This document shows positions 36,801 through 44,059 of a DNA stretch of 44,059 nt, piece by piece. The notes beneath the pieces were generated by a model. The model ran no database searches and was not told where the DNA came from. It saw only the letters and a program-made list of their open reading frames with translations. The stretch lies in IMG/VR virus record IMGVR_UViG_3300025584_000284; one strand, 5' to 3'. The translations under genes were made by a program, and so were the position numbers. Positions within the stretch are counted from its first letter, which is position 1; each line of letters starts with the position of its first letter. The DNA is from a virus.

Positions 36801-36854
36801 TTTTTTTCTTTTATATTTGTCGATAAAATTTTCCGATAACTTAAACTTTTCCAC
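33819..36854 (-). CDS. nrdJ: Adenosylcobalamin-dependent (class II, monomeric-type) ribonucleotide reductase containing an intein
   Basis: Motifs FLPPGRGLW, LNNCAF, GNVRRTAEI, NP-[intein]-CLEQ...CCLVE, TSVKPSGT and C-terminal CNNDSC. Confidence 0.95.
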   Translation of the reverse strand: MEKFKLSENFIDKYKRKKPPFGFNGLGELVYMRTYSRIKENGKNERWWETVQRVVEGTYSMQWNWINSHQLGWNPWQAQKSAQDMYDRIFNMKFLPPGRGLWAMGTSITEEKKLYAALNNCAFVSTKTLKEDYSKPFCFLMDASMLGVGVGFDCKGAGEILVKGIDKDRDSTIFQIPDTREGWVDSLRLLLESYFHGSHPVEFDYTKIRALGEPIKGFGGVSSGPDPLEEVHEDIRKVLEKNSGELITVTTIVDIMNLIGKCVVAGNVRRTAEIVFGDPHDDEYLDLKNYKVNPDREQYGWTSNNSIFAELGMDYTEVSKRIVDNGEPGLAWLENMRKFSRMQNGGDNKDHRVMGGNPCIVGETLVAVADGRNTVPIKDLVDTQYPVYSVDENGKVVIKQSIKTWKTKENTEVWKLTLDDGSNLLATPDHKIMLRSGEYKELRDLQKDESVFPFNSFSNKGYRNIRGTGKKASGLRQYRLITESELGYMPTAKEYAIHHIDFDKTNDSWDNLDVITQSEHSRLHRLDKNPMHNPVNVEKMKETTRINGGHYGERNGMYGKNHKDSALKSIGKKSTKNWENQRDFMIESIKNGMTNEVKKHLSDIKKSRTAWVDWNCPVCNEHKTLTEYQASKRKTCSHSCSNVKRSMENQGIWNHKVVSVEFYGYEDVYDMTVEDTHNFGVITSTKDNKYLDSSGLFIHNCLEQSLESYELCCLVETFPNNHDSLEDYQRTLKYAYLYAKTVTLGRTHWSDTNRVMLRNRRIGCSVSGVAQFITNHGLDKLKTWLEDGYDVIQEWDKLYSDWFAIPKSIKTTSVKPSGTVSLLAGATPGLHYPESRFYIRRVRLSNQSELIEPLKKAGYKLEPAFGSENTTMVVDVPVDVGEGIRTAAELSIWEQFSLAAFLQRHWADNQVSCTATFNPETEAEELPYVLNYFQYRLKGISLLPRHDYGAYKQMPYEAIDEKTYNKQLKKLKPLSFGVIKNEEAEIDKFCNNDSCEIQPLSGDNDDQDYAN
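34755..35780 (-). mobile_element. 342-aa intein with HNH homing endonuclease in the RNR active-site NPCxE motif
   Basis: Starts CIVGETLV, has block B LATPDHKI and HNH motif AIHHIDFDKTNDSWDNL...EHSRLH, and ends VEDTHNF...FIHN followed by the catalytic Cys. Confidence 0.93.
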
Positions 36855-37008
36855 TACAACTCCTATTTCTGCTTGTTCACAACATTTATCTACTTCCTAA
36901 TATACCTATAATATATATAATATTTTAAACACTATATATACATTTTTTTAGAAGTTTAAAAAACTTTTTCTTTGAAGTTTTAAAAAGTGAACACCAAGTG
37001 TGTACTTT

Positions 37009-38382
37009 TTATTCAAACCCTTCTCCGTCAAAATCTTTCTTCTTCTGTGCTAATGTTTTTCTAATATATTCATCAGCATTATTCATCTTTCCTTGTACTT
37101 CTTTACCACCTTGAGTATTAGTTTCATAAATTTGTATATAACCTGTATTCGTATTAATGGTTGCTGGGAATGTAATTCCATCAGGACCAAAACGATTTTT
37201 AATCACATGAAATCGACCTGTATTTGCGATTTTATCTTCTACTTTTCTACTCATACTCATAACGAAATCTGCTGTCATAACCTTAGAGTAATCTTCTGAT
37301 ACTTTACTAGCATCAATTACATCTTCGTCTAATGATGAACGATTTGCTTGTGAAGCTGTCCATATCGGTATATCAAACTCACCTGCCATACCTCTTAACT
37401 CTTCATATACATGCCCAATCTGATGTCTTTTTTCTGTGAAGTTAGATGTTGATTTCATAATATCAGCGTAATCCACAATAACCAAATCTGGTTTTATTCC
37501 TTGTAATTCACATTGTTGTAAATGTGCAAATATTGTGTTTACACTTGCTGTTCTCGTTGGATAATATTTGATAATAAGATTTCCCTTTAACTTATCAATT
37601 GCTCTCTGTACATCATCCTTGTAGTACTGAAGATTTCCTGTAGGTTGTCCACTTATAATACAATCATATCGTAACCCAACATAAGCCGCATTTAACTCCA
37701 ATGTATAATGAATTACCGTTAATCCTTTTTTCATAGCATGTGTACCGATTGCCTGTAGTGTCCATGATTTACCAATCCCTGCTGGAGCAACTATCACTCC
37801 AAGTTCTCCACCTGCAAGTCCACCATCCATTAAATCATTAACACTATCCCAACCCGTAGGTTGAGTATCTCGTGCTTGTTTTGTCATTCGTTCTTCAAAC
37901 CCAGTAATGTATTCGTGTCCGATATCTCTTTCCATACCAGCAGTCATTGCTTTATCTATAATTCCCTTTATATCGTCATATTGTTGTGTTTCCAACAATT
38001 CTACCGATTGCATAATTGCATTTTTCATTATTTGATTTTTACAAAACTCTAATGTTTTTTCTTTAACAAATTCTAAATCTGGATCTTCTCTATGTTGCCA
38101 AGCACCTCTCAATGAATCTACAATTGCTACCTTTAATACATCATTCTCTACATCATCAACCATAACTTTAATACTTTCCATAGTTGGTTGTGATTTATAT
38201 TTAGTAAAATAATCCTTAATTGATTTAACTAAAAATTTATTTGAATCTGTATCAAAATAACTTACTTCAAGAATATCAATAATTTGTTTTACAAACTTTA
38301 CATCAGTTAATAAACTTGAAATAATTTTACTCTGAAAGGAAGTTCCGTATTTTATTAATGATTCACTCATGGTGTTGCCCAT
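37009..38382 (-). CDS. Replicative DnaB-like helicase (T4 gp41-like)
   Basis: Motifs APAGIGKSW (Walker A), YTLEL, IVDYAD, WTASQANR and IKNRFG. Confidence 0.93.
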   Translation of the reverse strand: MGNTMSESLIKYGTSFQSKIISSLLTDVKFVKQIIDILEVSYFDTDSNKFLVKSIKDYFTKYKSQPTMESIKVMVDDVENDVLKVAIVDSLRGAWQHREDPDLEFVKEKTLEFCKNQIMKNAIMQSVELLETQQYDDIKGIIDKAMTAGMERDIGHEYITGFEERMTKQARDTQPTGWDSVNDLMDGGLAGGELGVIVAPAGIGKSWTLQAIGTHAMKKGLTVIHYTLELNAAYVGLRYDCIISGQPTGNLQYYKDDVQRAIDKLKGNLIIKYYPTRTASVNTIFAHLQQCELQGIKPDLVIVDYADIMKSTSNFTEKRHQIGHVYEELRGMAGEFDIPIWTASQANRSSLDEDVIDASKVSEDYSKVMTADFVMSMSRKVEDKIANTGRFHVIKNRFGPDGITFPATINTNTGYIQIYETNTQGGKEVQGKMNNADEYIRKTLAQKKKDFDGEGFE

Positions 38383-39500
38383 CCATCATCTCCGTATGGA
38401 TTTGGAACATTACTCTCAATATGTTTTTCCTTTTTGAATACAAAGATAGGTTCATACTTTGAACCTGAACCATCACCATCTCTGGCCATGGTAGATAAAT
38501 TTAATCTAAGTGTGTTGATATGACTATAACCTATTTTTTTTGCTATTTCTAAAGTACCGTTTTCAATATTTTTCCCACTCGAAGTGTTCGCTATATTCAA
38601 TAATAAATATCCATTTACTTTCGTAGAATCAAAAGTATTTTGTAAAGTTTGAAATAAAAATCCATCTATCCATTCTTGTTCTGTTGGAAATTTAATATAA
38701 CTTTGAGTAGGTTCATCCGCATACTTTTCAGTATTAAAATATGGTGGTGAAGTAAAACATAAATCTACTTTTTCTTTTGGTTTAAATACTTCACTACCAA
38801 GACAATGTAATTCTACTTCCTTACCAAGATAACTAAACTCTTCTTTAATCTTATTCAATCCCTCAAATGTTTTTGTTGAAGGTTCTGTACCAATATACTT
38901 TTTAATTCTTTTAGATGAAAGTGCACCAAGTAATCGTCCACCCCAACCACAACTCATATCCCAAACAACTCCATCTCCACCATAAGTTTCATAAATGTAT
39001 TTTGCAGCAGTAGGACGAAAGTTAGATACGGTTTGTGTTCCACCATATATCTTTATGTTCTGTCTGAATCTATTCTCTGTCCAATGTGGTTTATCACTAT
39101 GATTGTAATGCCATTTAATTGTCTTCTTGATAACCTCTTTCAACTTGTCATCATTGTGGAAATTTTCCATTGGTGTGGTTTTTGCATTACCACAAGGAAC
39201 TTCCCAAAATTGTGGAAAATAACTCCAAGCCAACCTCAATCCATTCATAGTCTGAGTTATCTCATCACCATCAAGTATTTGTTCGTGTTTAAAATTCTGT
39301 AACTTTCTTATTTGTTCGTGTTTCTCTTCTTCACGAATTGTATAATGTGGGAATCCATTCTTTCTATAATACTTGAAGATAATCTCAACTGCATCTTCTA
39401 TTTCTATTTTATCTAAACTACTACATACCTTATGATAATCTAAAGATAACTTATCTTCATCAAGAAATTTACTCAATACACTATAGTCTACTGAACTCAT
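38367..39500 (-). CDS. DNA amino-methyltransferase, paralogue of 26273-27502
   Basis: Motifs SNFRPTAAK, WDMSCGWGGRLLG and FTSPPYFNTEKY. Confidence 0.85.
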   Translation of the reverse strand: MSSVDYSVLSKFLDEDKLSLDYHKVCSSLDKIEIEDAVEIIFKYYRKNGFPHYTIREEEKHEQIRKLQNFKHEQILDGDEITQTMNGLRLAWSYFPQFWEVPCGNAKTTPMENFHNDDKLKEVIKKTIKWHYNHSDKPHWTENRFRQNIKIYGGTQTVSNFRPTAAKYIYETYGGDGVVWDMSCGWGGRLLGALSSKRIKKYIGTEPSTKTFEGLNKIKEEFSYLGKEVELHCLGSEVFKPKEKVDLCFTSPPYFNTEKYADEPTQSYIKFPTEQEWIDGFLFQTLQNTFDSTKVNGYLLLNIANTSSGKNIENGTLEIAKKIGYSHINTLRLNLSTMARDGDGSGSKYEPIFVFKKEKHIESNVPNPYGDDGWATP

Positions 39501-39682
39501 TCCAAGTTCTCATACATATCATGTACCTTTTTATCATAAAATTCTTTTCTTTTCTTTTCACGATATCTTTCTCGAGCCTTTGATTTTATCGTATCTGAAT
39601 TTCTTCTATAATGCTCCATTTGCCATCTCTTTTGAGCTTCTTTTTTTTCCTTTTTTGTTTTATATTTAATTTTTCTACCCAT
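39497..39682 (-). CDS. Small basic hypothetical protein
   Basis: 61 aa, K/R/E-rich and helical; ATGA overlap with the next gene. Confidence 0.65.
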   Translation of the reverse strand: MGRKIKYKTKKEKKEAQKRWQMEHYRRNSDTIKSKARERYREKKRKEFYDKKVHDMYENLE

Positions 39683-39685
39683 TTT

Positions 39686-39859
39686 TTAATACTCCCCTGA
39701 TTGACAAGTGTAACAGGGGCAATTCCCATACTTATCGGGATCACCTTTGTATTCATTTACATACTCTCTAAAAGTTTTTATATCTTGTGAACCACCATAT
39801 TCATATAACCATTTACCATATATGTGTTCTAATTGTTTTTCTGTATACTCCTTATCCAT
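39686..39859 (-). CDS. Small hypothetical protein (57 aa, absent from the ORF track) with a C-terminal CPCxxC motif
   Basis: Manual translation: MDKEYTEKQLEHIYGKWLYEYGGSQDIKTFREYVNEYKGDPDKYGNCPCYTCQSGEY. It fills the gap exactly and overlaps the exonuclease stop. Confidence 0.6.
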   Translation of the reverse strand: MDKEYTEKQLEHIYGKWLYEYGGSQDIKTFREYVNEYKGDPDKYGNCPCYTCQSGEY

Positions 39860-40922
39860 GAGTTTTCTCCGCCATGAAATTTAATCTATTAAATGTTGTT
39901 GCCAACCAACTATTTAAATTAGGTAGAGCTGTGTATAACTTATCTTCCAAAAACATTTTTTGAAATTTATGTTTAATAATTCTTTGGATTGGTTGTTCTA
40001 ATTGATTCTTAACTCTTAACTTTGAACTGCCAGACATAATACCATCTGTTAAATCCATAAGTTTTTTATTCAAATGTAATTGTTCTTCTGAATCACTAAT
40101 TATTTCACATACTTTATATTTGTCTTTATTTACTTGAGAACTTTTCAATATATCTTCTATTGTAATCTCATGTGGTGATTCAAGAAATGGAAACACTTTC
40201 AATAATGTTTTTAATCCTGCCCCTTTTATTCCTGGTATACCATCTGATTTATCACCATCCAATATTCTATACAATAAAAAGTTTTTAGAATTGACTCCAT
40301 ATTCATTTAAGATTCTCTCTTCATCATACATTAATTTTTTTGTAGGTGAATAGACTTTGATATTTTCATCAACTAATTGTAGAAAATCTTTATCGGTTGA
40401 CATTATAGTAGATTTTGAATCTTTGAATAAATGTTTAGCACAATATCCAATCACATCATCTGCTTCTATATTTTCGATATTGGTAATGGTTAAAGGTAAA
40501 CACTCAAGATATTCAATCACTCTATTTAATTGAGCAATCATCATCTTGTGTTCATCTTCACGAGTAAGCGAAACACCAGTAGTTCTATTCAAACGAACTG
40601 ACATCTTCCTGCCCATTTTATATTCTGGAAAGATTTTTCTACGGCGGTTAGACCCACCTTTACCATCAAAAACTATGATGGTTCGTGTGGGTCTTACCAT
40701 ATTAATAGTATAACCAATTGACCTTAAAAAACCAACTATTCCACCAATGTGGATCCCGTCCTCATTAGTAGTTGGTATAGCGGAAAAAACTCTAATAAAA
40801 GTGTTTAATCCATCAATCAATAAAACCGAGTCATTTGGTTCACCACTATCAACCTTTCCGCCAGATTTTTTTATCTCTTCGAGTATAGATAAGTGTTTTT
40901 GATTAATCACCGATGACCTCAT
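39852..40922 (-). CDS. 5'-3' exonuclease / flap endonuclease (T4 RNase H-like)
   Basis: Motifs LIDGLNTF, VFDGKGGS, EADDVIG, STDKDFLQL and GDKSDGIPGIKG. Confidence 0.93.
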   Translation of the reverse strand: MRSSVINQKHLSILEEIKKSGGKVDSGEPNDSVLLIDGLNTFIRVFSAIPTTNEDGIHIGGIVGFLRSIGYTINMVRPTRTIIVFDGKGGSNRRRKIFPEYKMGRKMSVRLNRTTGVSLTREDEHKMMIAQLNRVIEYLECLPLTITNIENIEADDVIGYCAKHLFKDSKSTIMSTDKDFLQLVDENIKVYSPTKKLMYDEERILNEYGVNSKNFLLYRILDGDKSDGIPGIKGAGLKTLLKVFPFLESPHEITIEDILKSSQVNKDKYKVCEIISDSEEQLHLNKKLMDLTDGIMSGSSKLRVKNQLEQPIQRIIKHKFQKMFLEDKLYTALPNLNSWLATTFNRLNFMAEKTHG

Positions 40923-42003
40923 CTGTGAACTCTACATCATCAATACCAAGTTTTTCTTGATATTTTAATATAACCTTATCACAAATGATTTGATACACAT
41001 ATTCTTTTATTTCATCGTTACTCGTAATTAACTCTTCCCAATCTTTAGATAAGAATTTATGTTCTTTACCTTTTCCATCTGTGAGAGTGTACCATGCACC
41101 ACCTGATTTAACTAACTTATGTTCTTTAAGTACAGTTAACCATGCACCATAATTATCTATTCCTCTATCGAAGTACATATCATAATCGGCATGTCTTAAT
41201 GGTGGCCCTAATCTATTCTTAACAATCTGTGCTCTACATTTCATTCCCAATACATTTTTATCAGTATCTTTGATTTGCCCCATATTCTTTAAACGAATAC
41301 GAGTTGAAGCGTGAAATGGTAATGCTTTTCCACCACTTGTAGTCCAAGGATCTCCAAACATAACACCAAGTTTTTGTCTGAGTTGATTTGTAAACACAAG
41401 AGCAATTTTCTCTCTACCAATCATTTGAGTAATCTTTCTCATAGCCTTCGAGATGATAATTGCTTTGGCTGTTGCCCAACCATCTTTATTAAAGTCCGCT
41501 TCTAACTCTACTTTTGTAGTAGCTCCAGCAAGTGAATCAACCATAATTGTTACCAATCTATCTTTATCTGATTCACGAACTTTTGTTACGATTTCTTCAA
41601 TCGCTTCAAAGATATCTTCTACGGTTTCTAAATGTAGATATAACATCTTATCCATTTCAACACCTATTACTTCCAAAAACTCTTGTGAAACTGAAGTCTC
41701 TGTATCTATATAGACAGCGATTCCATCTTTCTTTTGAGTTTCTGCTAATATGTGGGCACCAAGTAGAGATTTACCACTTGATTCTAATCCATTGATTTCT
41801 GTAATTCTACCAACTGCAATTCCACCATCTGGTCTATTTGATATAGCCAAATCTAACATGGAACTACCAGTAGAAATAAAATCTTTGATATCGGTAGGTG
41901 TTGTATCCGTACCATCAAGAAAGTATGCTACTTTAGTATCTTTGAACTTTTTATTTAGTGAGTCGGCTAATGTTTTAGCCAACACATCATTTACTGATGA
42001 CAT
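40903..42003 (-). CDS. recA: RecA/UvsX recombinase
   Basis: Motifs STGSSMLDLAI, GLESSGKS, VDSLA, FTNQLR and SGGKALPFHASTRI. Confidence 0.95.
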   Translation of the reverse strand: MSSVNDVLAKTLADSLNKKFKDTKVAYFLDGTDTTPTDIKDFISTGSSMLDLAISNRPDGGIAVGRITEINGLESSGKSLLGAHILAETQKKDGIAVYIDTETSVSQEFLEVIGVEMDKMLYLHLETVEDIFEAIEEIVTKVRESDKDRLVTIMVDSLAGATTKVELEADFNKDGWATAKAIIISKAMRKITQMIGREKIALVFTNQLRQKLGVMFGDPWTTSGGKALPFHASTRIRLKNMGQIKDTDKNVLGMKCRAQIVKNRLGPPLRHADYDMYFDRGIDNYGAWLTVLKEHKLVKSGGAWYTLTDGKGKEHKFLSKDWEELITSNDEIKEYVYQIICDKVILKYQEKLGIDDVEFTDEVIGD

Positions 42004-42027
42004 TTTTTTCTCCTATCAATAATGTAA

Positions 42028-42089
42028 TTGGGTGGTTAGGCGTACAATAACAGCCAACTCTTGTTCTCAATCTGTGAACTGCCACCCAA
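42028..42089 (-). ncRNA. Candidate cis-regulatory three-way-junction RNA in the recA leader
   Basis: An 8-bp closing stem UUGGGUGG/CCACCCAA encloses the GUUC/GAAC and UUGGC/GCCUAA hairpins. Confidence 0.45.
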
Positions 42090-42104
42090 GTACGGGGTTC
42101 TTAT

Positions 42105-42866
42105 TTATGAATTAAATAGATCATCGAAAGCATCTGATGTATCAGATACTTTAGACTTTTCCAATTCGGATGAAACAACAGTATCTACTTTAGTAGTAGA
42201 TTCCTCTTCTTTTGCATCTTCTTTTGGATTCAACCATTCATTCAAAATCTCTGTCATATCATCATATGACAATTCTTGATAGATTTCTGTAATGTCCTGT
42301 TGTTTCTTTACGACCTCTAAGACTGTTGGATCATCAGAAATAGGTGTTTGATTCGGTTTAACCCTAATGTTTGTTTTAGGGAAACTTGCACCTGTTTCTT
42401 CAGCTGATAGAAATTCTACCACGACATCACGACCATTTACTGGGTCTGTGATATCACCATAATCTGGGTCAGCAATAATGGAAAGCAACTCTTGATAAAC
42501 CGTTTTACCAAAACCCCAAAACTTCACACCTTGTGATTCTTCACCTCTAACTATTACTGGAGCAAAAGTTCTCATTTTAGCTTCCAACTTTCGAGAAAGT
42601 TGATAGTCTTCTTTACTACCACTTCCTCTTAGTTTTTGAGCAAACTCTTCAATAGGGTCTGGTCTACCAAAAGAAATTGGTGAAAGATAAGAACGGTTGT
42701 TCAAATTGTAGTGAAAGAATAACTCGATAAAAGGATTATCTTTATTAAAAGCGTAAGGTACGATTCTAATTTGTGTTTTTCCTGGTTGTGGTTTCCAAAG
42801 ACTGGAAGTTCGAGTGTTTGTGGTTTGTAACTGATTTAAGCGTTTTTTAATTGCATTTAAGTCCAT
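42105..42866 (-). CDS. Single-stranded DNA-binding protein (T4 gp32-like)
   Basis: Motifs LWKP...RIVP, FFHY, FWGFGKTVYQEL and GRD; acidic C-terminus ending DAFDDLFNS. Confidence 0.85.
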   Translation of the reverse strand: MDLNAIKKRLNQLQTTNTRTSSLWKPQPGKTQIRIVPYAFNKDNPFIELFFHYNLNNRSYLSPISFGRPDPIEEFAQKLRGSGSKEDYQLSRKLEAKMRTFAPVIVRGEESQGVKFWGFGKTVYQELLSIIADPDYGDITDPVNGRDVVVEFLSAEETGASFPKTNIRVKPNQTPISDDPTVLEVVKKQQDITEIYQELSYDDMTEILNEWLNPKEDAKEEESTTKVDTVVSSELEKSKVSDTSDAFDDLFNS

Positions 42867-42986
42867 TGTTTAACTCCTTATGTATTATTATTATTTGTTA
42901 TTTTTCATTTGTTAATCAAGTGTAACCTTGATACAATAATAAGTATCATACCAATAGCTTAAAATGTGATCTATTTTAATTAGATC

Positions 42987-43059
42987 AAAAAAAAAAGGTT
43001 CATTTCGTTTTTAAGTCTATTATAAGTGGAAACTAAAAATCGGTGAGAACCTTTTTTTT
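42987..43059. terminator. Long imperfect hairpin flanked by A10 and T8 runs; probable bidirectional terminator
   Basis: GGTTC/GAACC closing stem with inner CG-T5/A5 pairing. It sits right after the ncRNA candidate. Confidence 0.6.
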
Positions 43060-43060
43060 A

Positions 43061-43474
43061 AATTTTGGAAATTTTAGGGAATGTAGGATTTGCATACCTA
43101 CAACTTTCTGCTCAGATTTTATTGCCCTTGTACCTAACACCCACCAGTTATGGTGATTCTTCTCTGTCTGGTTAAGACTATCGAAGTGAGTACAACCTCT
43201 GTGTTATTGCCTTATCTCTCTGAGTTTAGATTGATTCAGCCATGAAAGTAGGATTTCAGTCTTACCCTTACCTACAACAAGGTCTAAAGAATTGCTTCTT
43301 TATGTGTTCAGAAAGTACATTAGATGATTGATGCCTCAACTACTTAACCATTCGGCCTTGTAGGTTCACCACGAACTCATCTTGGATTACCTTATGGGCT
43401 TCTAAAGTCTACCCATTATTCGGTCAATTCCATACAGAGTTAATTACTCCCTGTACTTTTCAAAATCCCAAATT
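43061..43474 (-). ncRNA. Candidate large structured non-coding RNA (~414 nt, ROOL/GOLLD-like class unconfirmed)
   Basis: No ORF is present. The 5' and 3' ends pair (AGGGAGU/AUUCCCU plus an outer AU-rich stem). Internal helices are CUUUCUG/CAGAAAG, CUCAGA/UCUGAG, UUGUAC/GUACAA and AAAGAA-GCAA-UUCUUU, plus two GUAGG...AAAUCCUAC hairpins. Confidence 0.65.
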
Positions 43475-43560
43475 GTCAAAAAACTTTTGCATCAACCTTG
43501 ATACAATAATATATATATATATAAAACCTCAAAATACATTTTATTTTTATTTTTTTCAAA

Positions 43561-43975
43561 AAACTTTTGGTGATTCCAGAAGAAGTCGTCTGATCTGATT
43601 TCGGACTGCTAGCAGTGATTCTTAATCCTAATCACCAAAAACTTGTGGTGTCGTGGTTTTCTAACGATTCAAGTCAAAAGACTACCTTTCGGTCAACACC
43701 AATTTTGTGGAAAGGTAAGGACTCGAACCTTACAGAAGCTTTCAATCGGTATAGTAGATTGATTAAATCTAACACCCTACTCACTCCACCATTATCTTGG
43801 TTGATTAATCATCTCAACCTTAACGACATACATTCCAATTCTTTGAGATTTCAAATCGGTAGAAATCTCGAAACCACCACTTCGATTTCAAGGACTCGAA
43901 GCCCGTCCTAATTCTTGTGCCTTTACGCCCTTAGACACTTTTCAATCTTATCTCAATCTAATGAGTCGGGCTTTA
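43561..43975 (-). ncRNA. Second candidate structured non-coding RNA (~415 nt) with T-loop and GNRA motifs
   Basis: It begins just downstream of the promoter at 44012-44040. Stems are AAGCCCG/CGGGCUU, GAGAUUUC/GAAAUCUC, GGUUGA/UCAACC, UAGAUU/AAUCUA, GUAAGG-UUCGAGU-CCUUAC, ACC-GAAA-GGU and the 11-bp UUUUGGUGAUU/AAUCACCAAAA. Confidence 0.6.
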
Positions 43976-44011
43976 TCTAATTCAATCTTTATCATCCATT
44001 TCTTATACTAT

Positions 44012-44040
44012 AATATACAACATATATATGAGAAAGTCAA
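44012..44040 (-). promoter_or_regulatory. Sigma70-type promoter TTGACT-N17-TATATT
   Basis: Read directly, with AAATAAAGC upstream; third copy of this motif. Confidence 0.8.
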
Positions 44041-44059
44041 GCTTTATTTTGAATGTAGT

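Larger units (their letters stand above)
42924..43511. repeat. 18-bp direct repeat AACCTTGATACAATAATA (copies at 42924-42941 and 43494-43511)
   Basis: Two identical copies, each just upstream (minus strand) of a transcript: the ssb gene and the ncRNA candidate at 43061-43474. Confidence 0.8.

Noticed and set aside
552-42279. Numerous short plus-strand ORFs and nested minus-strand ORFs in the ORF track
   Set aside because: They lie antisense to or inside long motif-bearing genes, lack RBSs and recognisable motifs, and are typical shadow ORFs.
36950-43570. Recurring AAAAGTTTTTT motif at about 36960, 43480 and 43560 as an operator
   Set aside because: It is a low-complexity A/T word in an AT-rich genome; three copies cannot be distinguished from chance by eye.
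43700-43790. tRNA gene suggested by the perfect T-arm
   Set aside because: The acceptor stem has mismatches and no paired anticodon arm can be formed, so it is reported only as a T-loop motif.
43615-43911. 98-aa plus-strand ORF
   Set aside because: It opposes the promoter orientation, has no motif or RBS, and overlaps a hairpin-dense region better explained as RNA.
1-44059. Stop-codon reassignment as seen in some large phages
   Set aside because: Core genes are full length in the standard bacterial code, and TAA, TGA and TAG all occur at gene ends.

Overview
This is a 44 kb AT-rich segment of a large T4-like tailed-phage genome, with essentially all genes on the minus strand. From right to left in transcription order it contains: two candidate ~410-nt structured non-coding RNAs; a T4-type replication module (gp32-like SSB, RecA/UvsX, 5'-3' exonuclease, DnaB/gp41 helicase, B12-dependent class II RNR with an HNH intein, PolB, clamp and clamp loaders) interrupted by a TonB-dependent receptor and two orphan DNA methyltransferases; an ~8 kb accessory island between the two clamp-loader genes; ClpP, DUF1599, a free-standing endonuclease and a Cas4/RecB-like nuclease; and a ~12 kb NDP-sugar/glycosyltransferase cluster. 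The strongest candidate for an undescribed system is the coupled operon at 17011-23193. Its first gene encodes a circularly permuted ATP-grasp-like domain fused to two tandem Hint domains with complementary catalytic residues, separated only by Leu-Pro-Pro. It is followed by an SGNH-like protein, three 2OG-Fe(II) oxygenases and a B12-binding radical SAM enzyme. Also notable are an H-type pseudoknot in the TonB-receptor leader and four junctions where the start of one reading frame is fused to the end of another. All family assignments come from motif recognition by eye; no database search was run.
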